Shown: positions 44,486-59,255, numbered from the stretch's first letter. The stretch is 64,000 nucleotides of DNA from the human T2T-CHM13v2.0 reference genome, Homo sapiens (GCF_009914755.1 NC_060929.1), one strand, 5' to 3'. A program made the numbers and translations. Notes: generated from the letters alone by a model not told the origin.

Positions 44486-44715
44486 CCAGAAACTCCAGAC
44501 CAGCCTGGAAAACTTAGACTTCATCCCTACAAAATTAAAAACATTAGCTAGGTGTGGTGGAACTTGCCAGCAGTCCTAGCTACTTGGGAGGCTGTGGTGG
44601 GAGAATCTTTTAAGCCTAGGAGTTCAAGGTTGCAGTGAGCTATCATCATACCACTGCACTGTAGCTTGGGTGACAAAGTGAGACCTTATCTCTATAAAAA
44701 AATTTTTTTAAAAAA
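44486..44715 (+). mobile_element. 5'-truncated AluJ
   Basis: Starts mid left arm; TSD ending ctgcaatag. Confidence 0.9.
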
Positions 44716-44745
44716 TAATGCTGCAATAGTAATTATGGATGCTAA

Positions 44746-45061
<316 letters not shown>

Positions 45062-46384
45062 TCTTTTTGTTTTTCTATTACTTTTTTTTTTCTTGAAAAT
45101 GGATGGGCTCATTGGTTCATTTAATGCATATGCTAAAAGACAATACAATGCATTGTCCATGTCTAGAGTGCCCCTTAAATGTGTATGTAATGCTGACACA
45201 GTCAAAACCATTTAAACACATTAGAGGCAGACACAACAGAAAGGTCACTGGTTTTGCATCTACAGATCCATATTTGTGCATGTTGCTAGGCAGTGGAAGA
45301 AAATCACAGTCCCAAAGCTCTTTTCCTCACATCCATTATTAAAACATAAAACAAAACCAAGTATTTGCAGTGATGTAATTTTACATAACCAATTTTGAAA
45401 TGCTGTTAAACTCTAATACCTATCTTAGACAATAAAAAATTAATTTACCCCACTTATCAAGTGTGAGGTTTTGTTTCATATTATCATTGTGAAACAATTT
45501 CAGATCTTTTATTATAATTATTATATTTAGAACATAAAATTATTCCTTTAAAAGTCCTGAATATTATTCAATAGTCTCTTGGTATTTGCAGATTTACTAT
45601 TTGGGGCTTCAATTTTTCATGAGTGATATTGTTTATTATCTGTATTCGTAAGTGTTTCGAGGCACGTATTTGAGAGTGACCTTAGCTGACCACCAGGCAT
45701 ACTCATTACATGTGCCTGATTTCTCTCTACACAGGTGCTCTTTCTTCTGAATCTAAAAAAAAAAAAAAAAAAAACCCTCCAAAACAGAAAAAAAAAAACC
45801 CTTTGTTTCTTTGTTAAAATTATCCGCCCCCCCCCGCCAACACATACACATAATTCCAGCTCCAATGGTGGAAAAAGTAATGCAATTTAGCTTAAACATT
45901 TCTAAAAACAAAAGCTCTGGGTGATGGTCTCTCTTTGAGATTGTGGGTTTTCTGAGTCTTCAGGAAGCACCTGCCCCTAATGTCAAGTATTTCCTTTTGA
46001 CATTATGTACCATTCATTTGGATATCTGTAGGGAGTAATATATCTGACTGATTTTTTTTTAAATGAAAGCTATTAATGTGTATTTTCTATCTGTTGTGAA
46101 GCTGCCTTCTTCTGGAACTCTTTGCAGGGTGTTTGTTTTAGTCCTTTTCCAACCTTCTGCCTGTGCCTAGGCTGGGATCTCCTGCCTTCTGTTTCCTTTA
46201 CCTCCAGTACATCCTTGAGTGAACACCATCATACAGTGTTAATGTTATAGCTGCATATTGGCCTCTCCGAGACCATGTATTTCAACATGACACAGCCCTT
46301 ACCTGCACGCTGCTTGTGACATCCCAGAGATTCTCACAGTGCCCAGAATACAGCAGGGACTTAGCAACTCTGTACTGAAGCAAG

Positions 46385-46745
46385 TATAGGCAGATAGTTA
46401 AGAGCATGAATTCTGGAGCCACAATGCTTGGGTTGGAGTCCAGGTTTTAGTGCTTGTGAACTATGAAACCCTTCAGAACCTCCACATGGGACCCCAAGGC
46501 TTAACTGCGGCTTGACTCCAGGGGGCACCATTTATATAACCCAAAAGGTAAATGGTCAACACTAGAGTCTTCATTACTGATGATCTTGGCGGGTTATTTA
46601 GTCTCCATAGGTCTTGATTTTCTCATTTTTTAAATAAGAATAGTTATTTCTACTTCCAATGGCTATGATGATTAAGAGCTAATATATATCAAGTGCTTAG
46701 AACACTGCCTTCTATGGAGTAAGCACTCAATGCTATTAAATATTT
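46385..46745 (+). mobile_element. MIR, interrupted at ~46470-46570 by a MER91-like remnant
   Basis: gttaagagcatgaattctggagcc...; resumes ctgatgatcttggc...aagtgcttagaacactgcc; insert contains actccagggggcaccatt. Confidence 0.65.
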
Positions 46746-47159
46746 TTCTGTTTTTGAATTAATTTTATTAAATGAGATTTGAAGCAGTCACAACTGTTGC
46801 CTAGCATTCCATTCAATGGATAAAGCACTTTTTAAATTCTCTTACTGAGTAATCATTAGGTTTTGTCCATTTTTTAAGTTTCTGATTATTGCCAAACGAA
46901 GAGAGAAAACATTATAACATGTCTCCATGAGCATATGCTCAATCTCCAGGACAGAGCCCTAGAAGTGGAATTTGTAGGTCTAAAGATATGCACTCTAAAA
47001 ATCTTACCAGAAAAAGACTAATTGCTCTCTGGGGTGTTTGCATCAACTTATACTGACCAATATACTACTGGTGTATATTTTCCCATTCCTCAAATCTTCA
47101 TTAACACTTTATTTAATTTTTGCTGAGCTGATAGATGTAAAATATTTTACTGTTCCTTT

Positions 47160-47795
47160 AGTAGTTTTCTACAGCAGTCATAACAAATTACCACACATTT
47201 AGTGGCTTAAAATAACAAGCATTTCTACACTTCAGCATGGGCGATAGAGCAAGACTCTGTCTCGAAAAAAAAAGAAAAGGAAAGAAAAAATAACAAGCAT
47301 TTATTTTCTATAGCTCTGTAGGTCAGAAGACTGGGTATAGTGTGTTGTTCAGCTGGGTCCTGCATTCAGAATCACACAAGGGCAAAATGGAGGCGTTTAC
47401 AGGTGTATGTATGTTTCTGGAAGCTCATTCAGGTTATTGGTTGAATTCAAATTCTTCTGGCAGCCTGTGGTAGTCTTTGCTACTAGAAGTTGCCTGTAAT
47501 TTTTCTCATTCTTTCCATATGGTTCTCCTCTAGCAATGGTGGTTCAAGGCCCTCTCACACTTTGAGCTTCTCAAACTTCACGTATCTTCTTTCTATCATT
47601 CTAGCTGGAGAAAGTTCTCTGGTTTTAAGGTTTCGTTTATTAAGGTTGGGCACACCTGTATAATCCAGGCTATAATCTCCCTATTTTGAGGTACAAAATC
47701 TTAATCAATCTGCAAAATCATTTTTTCCATGTAGGGTAACATAGTCACAATTTTTAGGGACTGGGGCCTGGGCATCTTTGGGAGTCTGTTCTACT
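47160..47795 (-). mobile_element. MLT1 (D/E-like) LTR
   Basis: taacaaattaccacacatttagtggcttaaaa...atctgcaaaatc...gtaacatagtcaca...catctttgggag. Confidence 0.8.
47225..47286 (+). mobile_element. Severely 5'-truncated Alu (3' ~40 nt plus tail)
   Basis: cacttcagcatgggcgatagagcaagactctgtctc plus A tail; 16-bp TSD aaaataacaagcattt. Confidence 0.9.
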
Positions 47796-48039
47796 GAGAA
47801 TGATTCTTTTAATTTTAATTTGCTGATTATTATTGAGGGTGAGCATATTTTCTAGGTCAGTTGGCCATATTGATCTTTTATGCTTTAAATTTTATTTTCA
47901 TATACTTTTTTTCCAATTTCCTATTGGAAGATTTATCTTTTAAAGTTGATTTTTATTGTTTATTATATATTGTGGCTAATTATTTTTCAGAAATGTACAC
48001 TGAAAATATTTTAAAACCATAGCTTAATTTTTAAATGAG

Positions 48040-48990
48040 TTTTTTTCCCCATAAGTTATTGGGGTACAGGTGGTATTTGGTTACATGAGTAGGTTCTTTA
48101 GTGGTGATTTGTAAGATTTTGGTGCACATATCACCTGAGCAGTATACACTGCACCCTATTTGCAGTCTTTTATCCCTTGCCCCGCTCCCATCCTTCCCCG
48201 CAAGTCCCCAGAGTCCTTTGTATCATTCTTATGCCTTTGTGTCCTCATTGCTTAGCTCCCACATATCAGTGAGAACATTCGGTGTTTGTTTTTCCATTCC
48301 TGAGTTACTTCACTTAGAATAATAATCTCCAATCTCATCCATGTTGCTGCAAATGCTATTAATTCATTCATTTTTATGTCTGAGTAGTATTGCGTTGCAT
48401 ATATATACCACAGTTTCTTTATCCATTCATTGATTGATGGGCATTTGGGTTGGTTCCACGATTTTGCAATTGTGAATTGTGCTGCTATAAACATGCGTGT
48501 GCAGGTATCTTTTTCGTATAATAACTTCATCTCCTCTGGGTAGACACCCAGTAGTGGAAATGCCAGATCAAATGGTAGTTCTACTTGTAGTTTTTTAGGA
48601 ATGTCCACGCTGTTTTCCACAGTGGTTGTACTAGTTTACGTTCCCACCAGCACTGTAGGAGAGTTTCCGGTTCACCACATCCATGCTAACGTCTATCTTT
48701 TTTTAAATTTTTTTGATTATGACCATTCTTGCAGGAGTAAGATGGATCACATTGTGGTTTTGATTTGCATTTACCTGATCATTAGTGATATTGAGCATTT
48801 TTTAATATGTTTGTTGATAATTTGTATATCTTCTTTGAGAATTGTCTATTCATGTCCTTAGCCCACTTTTTGATGGGATTGTTTTTTTCTATATGCCTTG
48901 ATGATCATCATGTACAGTATCTTCCAGGCCTTCTCTGAATTTCTTGTATCTGGATGTCTCCCTCTCTAGCAAGATGAGGGAAATTTTCCT
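48040..48990 (-). mobile_element. L1PB-type 3' end fused to a ~100-bp ORF1-region fragment
   Basis: ggggtacaggtggtatttggttacatg; ORF 48252-48620 is an ORF2 C-terminus (WNQPKCPS); 48890-48990 is ORF1-like. Confidence 0.88.
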
Positions 48991-50479
48991 GTCTTTTTTG
49001 CAGTTGTTCAATGTCTACAATAAACACTGAGTCTTTGAAAAAATTTCCAAGGCAACTCTCAAAACTGGTCCTCAATAACCTACTCCTAAAGACCCCAAAT
49101 CTGGAAATAGCCTGTATGTTTCTGATTTGTTGGTTTGGCTTGGCAGTATCACCCTCATGTATATTTTAAGTATCTTCCAAGCTGTTGAGTAGGGCTGTTT
49201 TATTTTGCTAATTATTTGGTGGACAATAATTCACATCAAAGCTGAAACCAGAGCTTTTCCTGAGCAGAAACATTAGGGTGATGACACTTTTTAATGATTT
49301 CTTGAGCTGCAAAAGCTCAAGGATATTATTTAAACAATTTATGTCCAATTTTATGTGAGCTGCACACATCCATTGTCCTATTGAATAGTCACACTAATAA
49401 AAAGCACATACTACTATAGCTCAGCCTTCAACTTTATGAGGATGCTTTTCTTAACATTTTTAGTTTAATTTTTTAATGGCTTATAATTAATAGCCCAAGA
49501 GGGAAAAGTTAAAACTTGGATGTGAAACAAACCATTTTTTATTTGCTGTACTTTAGATAACCTCAGCCCTCAAGAGAAAACATTTATGATATCCATCCTC
49601 CTCACATATTCTGTTTATCCTTTATGCAAATTATCTGATCATAAAGCGTTCCACGGGGTTGTTAGTTATGCATGTTTTAGGACACTATTAATGCATCTTT
49701 GCACATCTAAAATGATACATTGGCAAAACAATGAATTAACTACTATGTATTTTACAAACTGAAACTAATTGTTTAACTGAATGGATTAGGTAGAATCTGC
49801 TAGACTTCTGAGAACACATGTTGAATTGTTTTCATGCCTTTCTAATTTTATTATAATAAATTTTCTGCAAATGAATGGCTTTCAAACAGAGCATCTTAAT
49901 TTATAGGCAATTATGAGGATGTCCAGTTTCCCAAGATATATTTTAGAACAAAAAAGACTAACTGGATAAATTATTGCACTTTTTATGATGCACATTTTTG
50001 TCAGTCACATTAATATAAAACTAGTTTGGAGACTTGTGAATCATTTAAAATTTTATCTAAAAAGTTTTCTATCACTATAGTCATTATGAAGGTTTGACCT
50101 TTTCTACCCCTGCCTCTTGTGACTGTAGCTAAGGGAGGAAATAATGAATTTCAGTTCATCTCTTACATTGCTATTATGCGGCTTTTAGTGTTGCTCACAG
50201 ATGGATCTGTCTTGAATTTTGCAGCAGTGAAATCCATTATGGTTGTCCCCATAAGAATACAATTTTAGCTTCTACTAAGTTTTCTCAGTAATATTCCTGC
50301 TAAATTTGAATATATTCAACTTGAGCATTCTTACATATGAAAAAGTCTTAATATTTATTAATATCTATTGCATACTTTTAAGGAAATAGATATATTTTAA
50401 GTTTTTTATGCTACTAGTTATCACATACTCTGTTTGCCAAACTTCCTGGCATGTTCAACTTTATGTACTGTTGTTGCTT

Positions 50480-50790
50480 GTTTTATTTATTGCAGAGATC
50501 AAACTGCAGTAACAAATGGCCATGATGCATAGCGTTGCAAATGTTTCTCTTATGTACTAATTCAAAGCCAACTAGGTGGTGCAGGGTGAAATAGTTAGCT
50601 CAGTTCTATGTGATCATTCAGAAACCCGGCTGCTTCTCTCTTCTTGCTCTTCCATTCCCTAGGATCTTGTCTCTTTTTCACAATCTAGCTTACACAAGAA
50701 GAAAGAGTAAAATGGGAGGCAAGCAATTTCTCAAGGGAAAAGGGAAGATTGGACTTGGGGGTATCGATTGTCAGCCCACTGTCTTCTCTT
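50480..50790 (-). mobile_element. Old MLT1 (K/L-like) LTR
   Basis: ctgcagtaacaaa...gatcattcagaaacccggctgcttc...ggaaaagggaagattggac. Confidence 0.5.
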
Positions 50791-51578
50791 TTGAGGGATA
50801 TCAGGTTCATTTTATTATATCCAGTTACAATACTTATTCTCGAATAAAAATTATATTCAAATTTATTGTCTTCAAGATTGTTTTACATTAAATGTATACT
50901 AAGTAATTGGAATATAAAATTGCACTGTGGTTAAACACCCATTTTATGAGTGTATCTAATAAGAAATTTATGGCAAACATAATACAGATTTTTCTGTCAG
51001 GAACTTAATGGAATTAACATCTCCGTTTAACTTGATTGATTTAAAGTATTTGTATCCTTTAGCAGGATTACAGGAACTGTTTAATGTTCTTGAACTTAAA
51101 ATGATGGTATTCAGATTTCTGCCACCATATCCTTGCAGCATTCCTCATAAATATGAGTCAAACATAATTATTGTTACATCACAAATGCATTTGTTAATTT
51201 ATATATATATATATATAAACAGGTATAATATAAACCTTGAAGAAAGTATTAAAACTCTTTGAGTCTTAATTTCCTTATCTTGGTATGAAGGGGTTAGATT
51301 GGATCATTACTAACAAGCTCCTATTTCCATTAATATAATTATGTATGACTATCACTTTTTTAAGATCCTCTTATAAAACATCTTGTTGAATTTAGAAGAT
51401 ATAAAGATGATTTATATACAGTCTTGCTTCCTGAGGAGCTTATTGTCTTTGTGTAGTGAGCATTAACATCCAAGTAGAATTATTGATATATGAAATAAGT
51501 GCCACAAGAGAAATGTATGCTTTCAATTTTTTGAAAAGTCTTTAAAGAAGAACATTACTATATAAAAATGACACATTA

Positions 51579-51876
<298 letters not shown>

Positions 51877-52260
51877 GTTACTGTAATTTGTATCAACTTA
51901 CAGCTTACATTATTCTAACTCCAACCAATGTCACGACCTCTCTGTGTTTCCAAATATTGCCCATTCTCTTTTCTCATGCATCCTAGTTGCTTCTTTTTCA
52001 GGTCCCTACTTCCCAAGAAATTCTTCTTACATCCTAACACTTCCAAGTGCACACAAGACAAAATGTTTTTTCCTAGAAAAATAAAGTCCAGGATCCTTAA
52101 ATTTGCACTTGTAAATTGCTGTATGTTTCCCTATACCTTTTCAACATTAATTCTCATTATTTTTCTATACAAATTTTTACTGTAAATTGATGAGTATATT
52201 TATTATCCAGCTACACAAATGTAAATTGCTCCCTTAAAATTTGATTGCCTAACAATTTTC

Positions 52261-52739
52261 TTTTTTTTCTTTTTTTTAATTATACTTTAAGTTTTAGGGT
52301 ACATGTACGCAACGTGCATGTTAGTTACATATGTATACATGTGCCATGTTGGTGTGCTGCACCCATTAACTCGTCATTTAACATTAGGTATATCTCCAAA
52401 TGCTATCCCTCCCCCCTCCCCCCACCCCACAACAGGCCCCGGTGTGTGATGTTCCCCTTCCTGTGTCCATGTGTTCTCATTGTTCAGTTCCCACCTATGG
52501 GTGAGAACATGTGGTGTTTGGTTTTTTTTCTTTGTGATAGTTTGCTGAGAATAATGGTTTCCAGCTTCATCCATGTCCCTACAAAGGACATGAACTCATC
52601 ATTTTTTATGGCTGCATAGTATTCCATGGTGTACATGTGCCACGTTTTCTTAATCCAGTCTATCATTGTTGGACATTTGGGTTGGTTCCAAGTCTTTGAC
52701 ACATGCACACGTATGTATGTTGTGGCACTATTCACAATA
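52261..52739 (-). mobile_element. L1PA4-like 3' end with a short 5' inversion
   Basis: cccattaactcgtcatttaacattagg; 52698-52739 inverted; TSD taacaattttctttttttt. Confidence 0.92.
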
Positions 52740-52822
52740 ACAATTTTCTTTTTTTTTAATTTTTTTTTTTAAATTATTCTCAGTAAACTATCGCAAGAAC
52801 AAAAAACCAATTTTCTTTTTTT

Positions 52823-53080
52823 AAAAAAACTTTTAAGTTCAGGGGTACATGTGGAGGTTTGTTATATGGGTAAGCTTGTTTCACAGCTGTTTGTTGTGCA
52901 GATTATTTCATCACCCAGGTATGAAGCCTAGAACCCACTAGGTTATTTTTCCTGATCCTCTCCCTCCTCCCACCCTTCACCCTCCACCCTCCGATAGGCC
53001 CAGGTGTGCATTGTTCCCATCTATGTGTCCATGTGTTCTCACCATTTAGCTCCCACTTAAAAGTGAGAACCTGTGGTTTT
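52823..53080 (-). mobile_element. Older L1PA (PA13-like) 3'UTR
   Basis: ttttaagttcaggggtacatgtg...cagattatttcatcacccagg. Confidence 0.85.
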
Positions 53081-53109
53081 TTATTTCTTTATTTTATCTT
53101 TCAAGATGA

Positions 53110-53493
<384 letters not shown>

Positions 53494-53899
53494 GCTTGTC
53501 TTATTCTTGAAACATAATCTAGACACAAATATAATCAGGGGTTAAAAATTTGAGCATACAATTAATACCAGATGTCGAGAAGGATAAAAGTGTACAGCAC
53601 AAAGATGTTTTCTTGCCATGTCAGTCAGCCAAATAAGATCATTGTGTTTGCTGCCTCTTGATCCTCATGGAGACATTAATTCAGATCCAAACTGGATCTT
53701 CCCTGGGATGAATAAATTTTGACACCTAAATATACTTAGTATTCCAAGATCAGAGAAAAGTATCTTCCATTGAATCCACTGATTCACTGGAAGGACAAGT
53801 GACTAGAACTCTGGCCATAAGACTTATCCCCCTTAACTAGAGGTCATGGAAGGGAATGGCTTGATTACACCTGTCTTACTTCAAATAATTAAATGCAAA

Positions 53900-54800
53900 C
53901 TTGCCAATATAGAACCTACCAAATATTACAAAGCATGAGAGCTAGGAAGCATAAATACAAACCACTTTTGAAAAAGACTACTTTTGAAAATAGACTTTAG
54001 AAATCATTGAATTTTGAGATGTCAAACATTAGGAAAGTTGTCTTAATAAAAAAATAGCTAAAAAATACAATTTTAGATGAGAATGCAGATTTTTAGGCTG
54101 AGAGAAAAACACAATATATGAAATAGGGTCATATCATGAGCAAACCATAATAAAGTAGAGTTATATGTTATATTTGAATAATTAAAAAATAGAAAATAAT
54201 GAAGATGGTATATAAGGAGCACAGAACATAGAAAATCAGAAGATAACTTTTGGGGAAGATTAAGAACACATATAAGGGAAGAAATAATTGCAAATACAGA
54301 TCTAATTATAACTTTCTTATGATGAAATCCCATTTTGCATAGTCAGTATGAAAGTACCCAACACATGATATTAAAATAAGTAAAACTGAGCCCATCTTAA
54401 ACATATTCTAGGAATTTTTGCATATCATATTTCAAAAACGTATTTATGTGAAGAACATTTTTCTTATGAAAACGAGTCAAAATGCTTGGATATATACATT
54501 TTTTTTTTGTCACAACACCAACACGTAAGAACTATGGCACAGTGGTCAAGAAAAATTTGAGACAAAATCTATGGCACCAAAAATTTATAGGAAACTCTGT
54601 AGATGACATGTAGAGGCAAACAAAACTTTTTTCTCTGCTTTAAAGAAGTTCTTATAACATATCATTCATATACCCTACCCCGCAAAAAATTATTGAAGTC
54701 TACCGGATGTGCAAATGAAAGTAGAAAGTCAAGAATGAGGAAGTAGTGCTACAAGGGAGTCAAAACAATTATTGAAGCTCGCTAAACATCTTGTCTGATC
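53900..54800 (+). mobile_element. Ancient LINE ORF1-like region (HAL1/L1M)
   Basis: A-rich decayed ORF1 pattern gaaagtacccaacac...aacatattctaggaatt. Confidence 0.45.
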
Positions 54801-55129
54801 TAAATAATAATAAGTATCAATTGATAGTACCCAATTGACTGAAAATATTTTACACAATTCTCAAATTATTTTGTAAAAATAGTAATAATAACAATAAGAA
54901 TATGTGACTAGAATCTCAAGTCACATAAATAATTGTTTTAAATGGTGGAAGAGTTAAATATAAGACTCCAATAATTCTATCCCCTTATCAGGAGGTACAC
55001 AATCAATACCTTTTTTTTTATCCTTGACATTGATAAATTCTAACACCTAATAAACTTGAATATTTTATTACATCAGCATCAGAATATATCCTTTTATTAA
55101 ACTCTTCAATAACTCTTTAGGGGAACCAC

Positions 55130-55563
55130 CTGTTTTCTATCTAGCAGAAGGCAGGGAAAAAGCAGATGGCTCCTCTAAGGAGTTATTGAAGAGTTTAATG
55201 AAAGGGTGTTCATAATCATTTGGGCAGAATTAACTGAACCATCAAAAAATGGTGTGGTACCAAGGATGAGTAGCAGCAGGAAACTGTTATCACCACTAAG
55301 CCTGAAGGGGCCAGGAACAGAATTGGTTGGCCAATATCCCTGAGTCCTGTAGAAGAGGGTGTCTGACGGCAGATATGAAGGAACTTCACCAAGAAGTTCC
55401 TCAGTTTCTCTCCTGACTCCCATTGGCCAAACTAAAGTGGAACCCAGGAGCAAGATGGTTCGGGAGATGCAATCTCAAAGTGCAGCCTCCTGGGGCAGAG
55501 TTCAGGGTAAAGTAGGGTAGACAGGAGATCCATGGGGACATTGAACAAATAGAGTACAACACA
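55130..55563 (-). mobile_element. ERVL-class solo LTR (LTR40/41-like)
   Basis: gcagatggc...gagtttaatgaaaggg...ccactaagcctgaagggg...cccattggccaaac. Confidence 0.55.
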
Positions 55564-55669
55564 ATGAGGACTTTAAAAGTCAGTTGAAAGTCTAATAAAC
55601 CTCGGTATCAGTATAAAGATATTCAAAAAATTTAAAAAGATGCGAAAGGGTGTGGCCATTTCTATTTCT

Positions 55670-56353
<684 letters not shown>

Positions 56354-56670
56354 TTAGGGGAACTAGTTTGGTTTGCTCTCAGTATTAAGATAAAATGATG
56401 CAAAATTGGTTTTTTGAGATACATTGTTTCTGGTGGTCATCCTAACATGTGCGCTTTAGTCAGTCCGCATCACAAGTGACTCACGAAAGAGACCGGGGAC
56501 AAAGATCTATACTATAAAATATTCTACAACTGATACTGAGTTCATAAATTCATAATTTAAAAAACTTAGGATTTAATTATTCTATTTATATTTTGTGCCT
56601 AGACAAGGGATTTTGGACTCCCATTTGGAAACCAACTGGTGAAATCATAATGCAAACAGGTTTGGAATAT

Positions 56671-57069
56671 TGATGTGGTTTGGGTCTATGTCCCTGCCCA
56701 AATCTCATGTCAAATTGTAATCCCCAATGTTGGAGGTTGGGGCTGGTGGGAAGTGATTGGATCATGAGGGTGATTTTTCCCTTTGGTGCTGCTCTCATGG
56801 TAATAAGTGAGTTATTGTGAGATCTGTTTGATTAAAAGCGTGTAACTCCTTCACCCCCTCCTTTTCTTCCTGCTGCAGCCATGTAAGACCTGCCGGCTTC
56901 CCCTTCATTTTCCGTCATGATTGAAAGTTTCCTGAGGACTCCCAGCCTTGTTTCTTGTACAGCCTGTGAAACCATGAGCCAATTAAACCTCTTTTCTTTA
57001 TAAATTGTTTATAAATTTTAAAATACCCAGTCTCAGATATTTATAGCAGTGCAAAAACAGACAAATATA
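56671..57069 (+). mobile_element. MSTA-like solo LTR
   Basis: tgatgtggtttgg...aattgtaatccccaatgttggagg...ccaattaaacctcttttc. Confidence 0.9.
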
Positions 57070-57399
57070 GATAACTAGGCTTTGATTTACACTACCATCT
57101 GCTCTGGGGCAACTTTGAGCTAGTGATTAGGAGAGGCCATTTATACTTTTAGGTAAGAACATATTAGGGATGTTGCATGGGGTATGTTACTAAACTGGAA
57201 TAAAAGAAGATAATAGTAAAGGACATAAACTCTATCACATTAAAAACAAAGAGGCAGCAGAATTTCCACGTCATCTTGTCATGCTTAAAAACAAAGCAAT
57301 GTAACAGCTGGGTAAATATGTATAATAACCATGACTCCAAATTTGTATGTTTACAAGAGTTAATAGAAATGGTAGAGAAAAAAGCAAGCTTCCTCTACC

Positions 57400-58190
57400 T
57401 TCCCAAAAAAAGAAAGGACATAAATGCAATTTGCAGGAGAAACACTACCAAATAATAAACTTAGAAAAATATTCAAATGTAGTAATAATAGAAAAGGAAA
57501 ACCAAAAAGGATGAGATTTTTCTCTAACATTTGAAGTCATTAAAAATAGATTTTTTCCCTTCAATATTTCTAAAGGTGACGAGAGCTGCTAATGGAGCTA
57601 ATACCTCAGTGCTTATGGAGTTACAAGTTTATCATTGCTCGAAAGCAATTTCTCAACAAATGCTTATGAAATTTTACTTCATTTTGATAAGTAATTTTAG
57701 ATGGTAATTACTGTTTTAGAAAACAGCCCCAAGAACAGTAATTACAACAAAGATTTTGCATGCTGAAATGTTCATCACAGTGTTCTCTATAGTAGTTAAA
57801 AACTAAATATAATTCAGATTCCTAAAAATGGGCAGATATAAATGATCTTTATATGAGGAACTATGCCACATCCTTTAAAATGTTGGTTTTGTAAATTTCA
57901 GTATAATAGGAAATCGTTTGTGATAGTGTTTATATAAATGTAAGACATAAACTTGTGTAAACAATGTATAATTATATACCCATAGACACATATATAAATG
58001 TACATGTACACATAATATATCTTATATGTATTTCATACATCTTTTTATGAAGACTGGAAAGTATATAAAAATGTTAATTCTATATTATATATTTGTTTGG
58101 ATGGAATAAATTATTGCAAGTACTCTTCTATCATTCTGCAAAATTCAGCCAATACGGCTAGCTAGATTTCTTTTTCTTCAATATTTTTTG
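57400..58190 (+). mobile_element. L1ME-type 3' fragment
   Basis: aaaggacataaat; atgttcatcacagtgttctctatagtag; gaagactggaaag. Confidence 0.6.
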
Positions 58191-58924
58191 AAAACACATG
58201 ACTTAAATTCTGTGGTACGTTGAGCAGAATAAGGTGATCTCATATGTTTATTAGAACAGATGCCGTATGCTCATCCACTTGGTTGCTATAGAAGTTTCCA
58301 AATCTGCTATTGTCAAGAATTTGCATTTGTCAGTTTTGTGACACTAAAAAAATAACCTTTGGATGTTATAAATTTAAATTTTTAGGAAGTGTACTGGACT
58401 GTATTTTTTCTTAGATTAAAAGCGTATATTTCTGAAGATGCAGGCTGCATGACTGAAAACATAACTCAGAAATGTGACATTTGGTTTAAAAAAGGAGAGA
58501 GAAAAAAAATCTGTGGAACTCAATCAAGTTTGCATATGCTGCTGTCTAGATAGTGTGGATGCTCAATTGCCAAATATAGATTAGGAGATATAAATGGGAT
58601 TTTTTTTTTTTCCTTCTGAAAACAGTATACTTCTATACATGGTACTTAAGGGAAAAAGATATACAGATCTTCTGCAACTGTTAAGAGTGAAGGGATTGAA
58701 TTTTTTTTTCGGGGAAATATATTTTGACTTACTAAGTTGATTAACTTTCTAAAATGTCCAGGAGTTAGGTTAATCTAGTATATTATCAAGTGTATTCCAT
58801 TGGTTGCTGTTAGATGCTCTATTTGAAAAACAGAGAGGGCATTGTTATTTGTAAGTTCGGGTAATATAGGTCAAACAAAGCTTTTTTTATTTTTTAACTG
58901 TGGGACTTCTCAGTGTTTGTAATA

Positions 58925-59155
58925 AGTAATTGCTAATGTTTTTCAGTACTTGCTGTGAGTTAGGGCACTATGTTAAGTTTTGCACGTGCTCTTTACAACA
59001 GTCTTATGAGGTTGGTGTTATTATTATCTCATTTTGTGGTAAAGATACTTAGAAAGGTTAAAACTATTTGCCTGCATTTATGTAGATGTTAACTTCTGAA
59101 GGAGGTATGTGGTCCAAAGCAGACCAAAATAGAAGTCTGAACTCTGAACCACTTG
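58925..59155 (-). mobile_element. MIR
   Basis: acaacagtcttatgaggttggtgttattattatctcatttt...agaaaggttaa. Confidence 0.75.
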
Positions 59156-59255
59156 GAGAATATGTCACCTCTTCTTATCAGCTGATGCTCACTGATAGTC
59201 TCCAATAATACAAGATAGTAAACTGGGTTTCCCAAATTTCCTGCATTATATACCT

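Larger units (their letters stand above)
46790..48030 (-). mobile_element. Old L1ME fragments hosting an MLT1 LTR
   Basis: cctagaagtggaatttgtaggtc; gagcatattttc...ttggccat. Confidence 0.6.

Noticed and set aside
58770-58920. Possible hAT-Charlie MER fragment
   Set aside because: Partial resemblance only; family and ends could not be determined.
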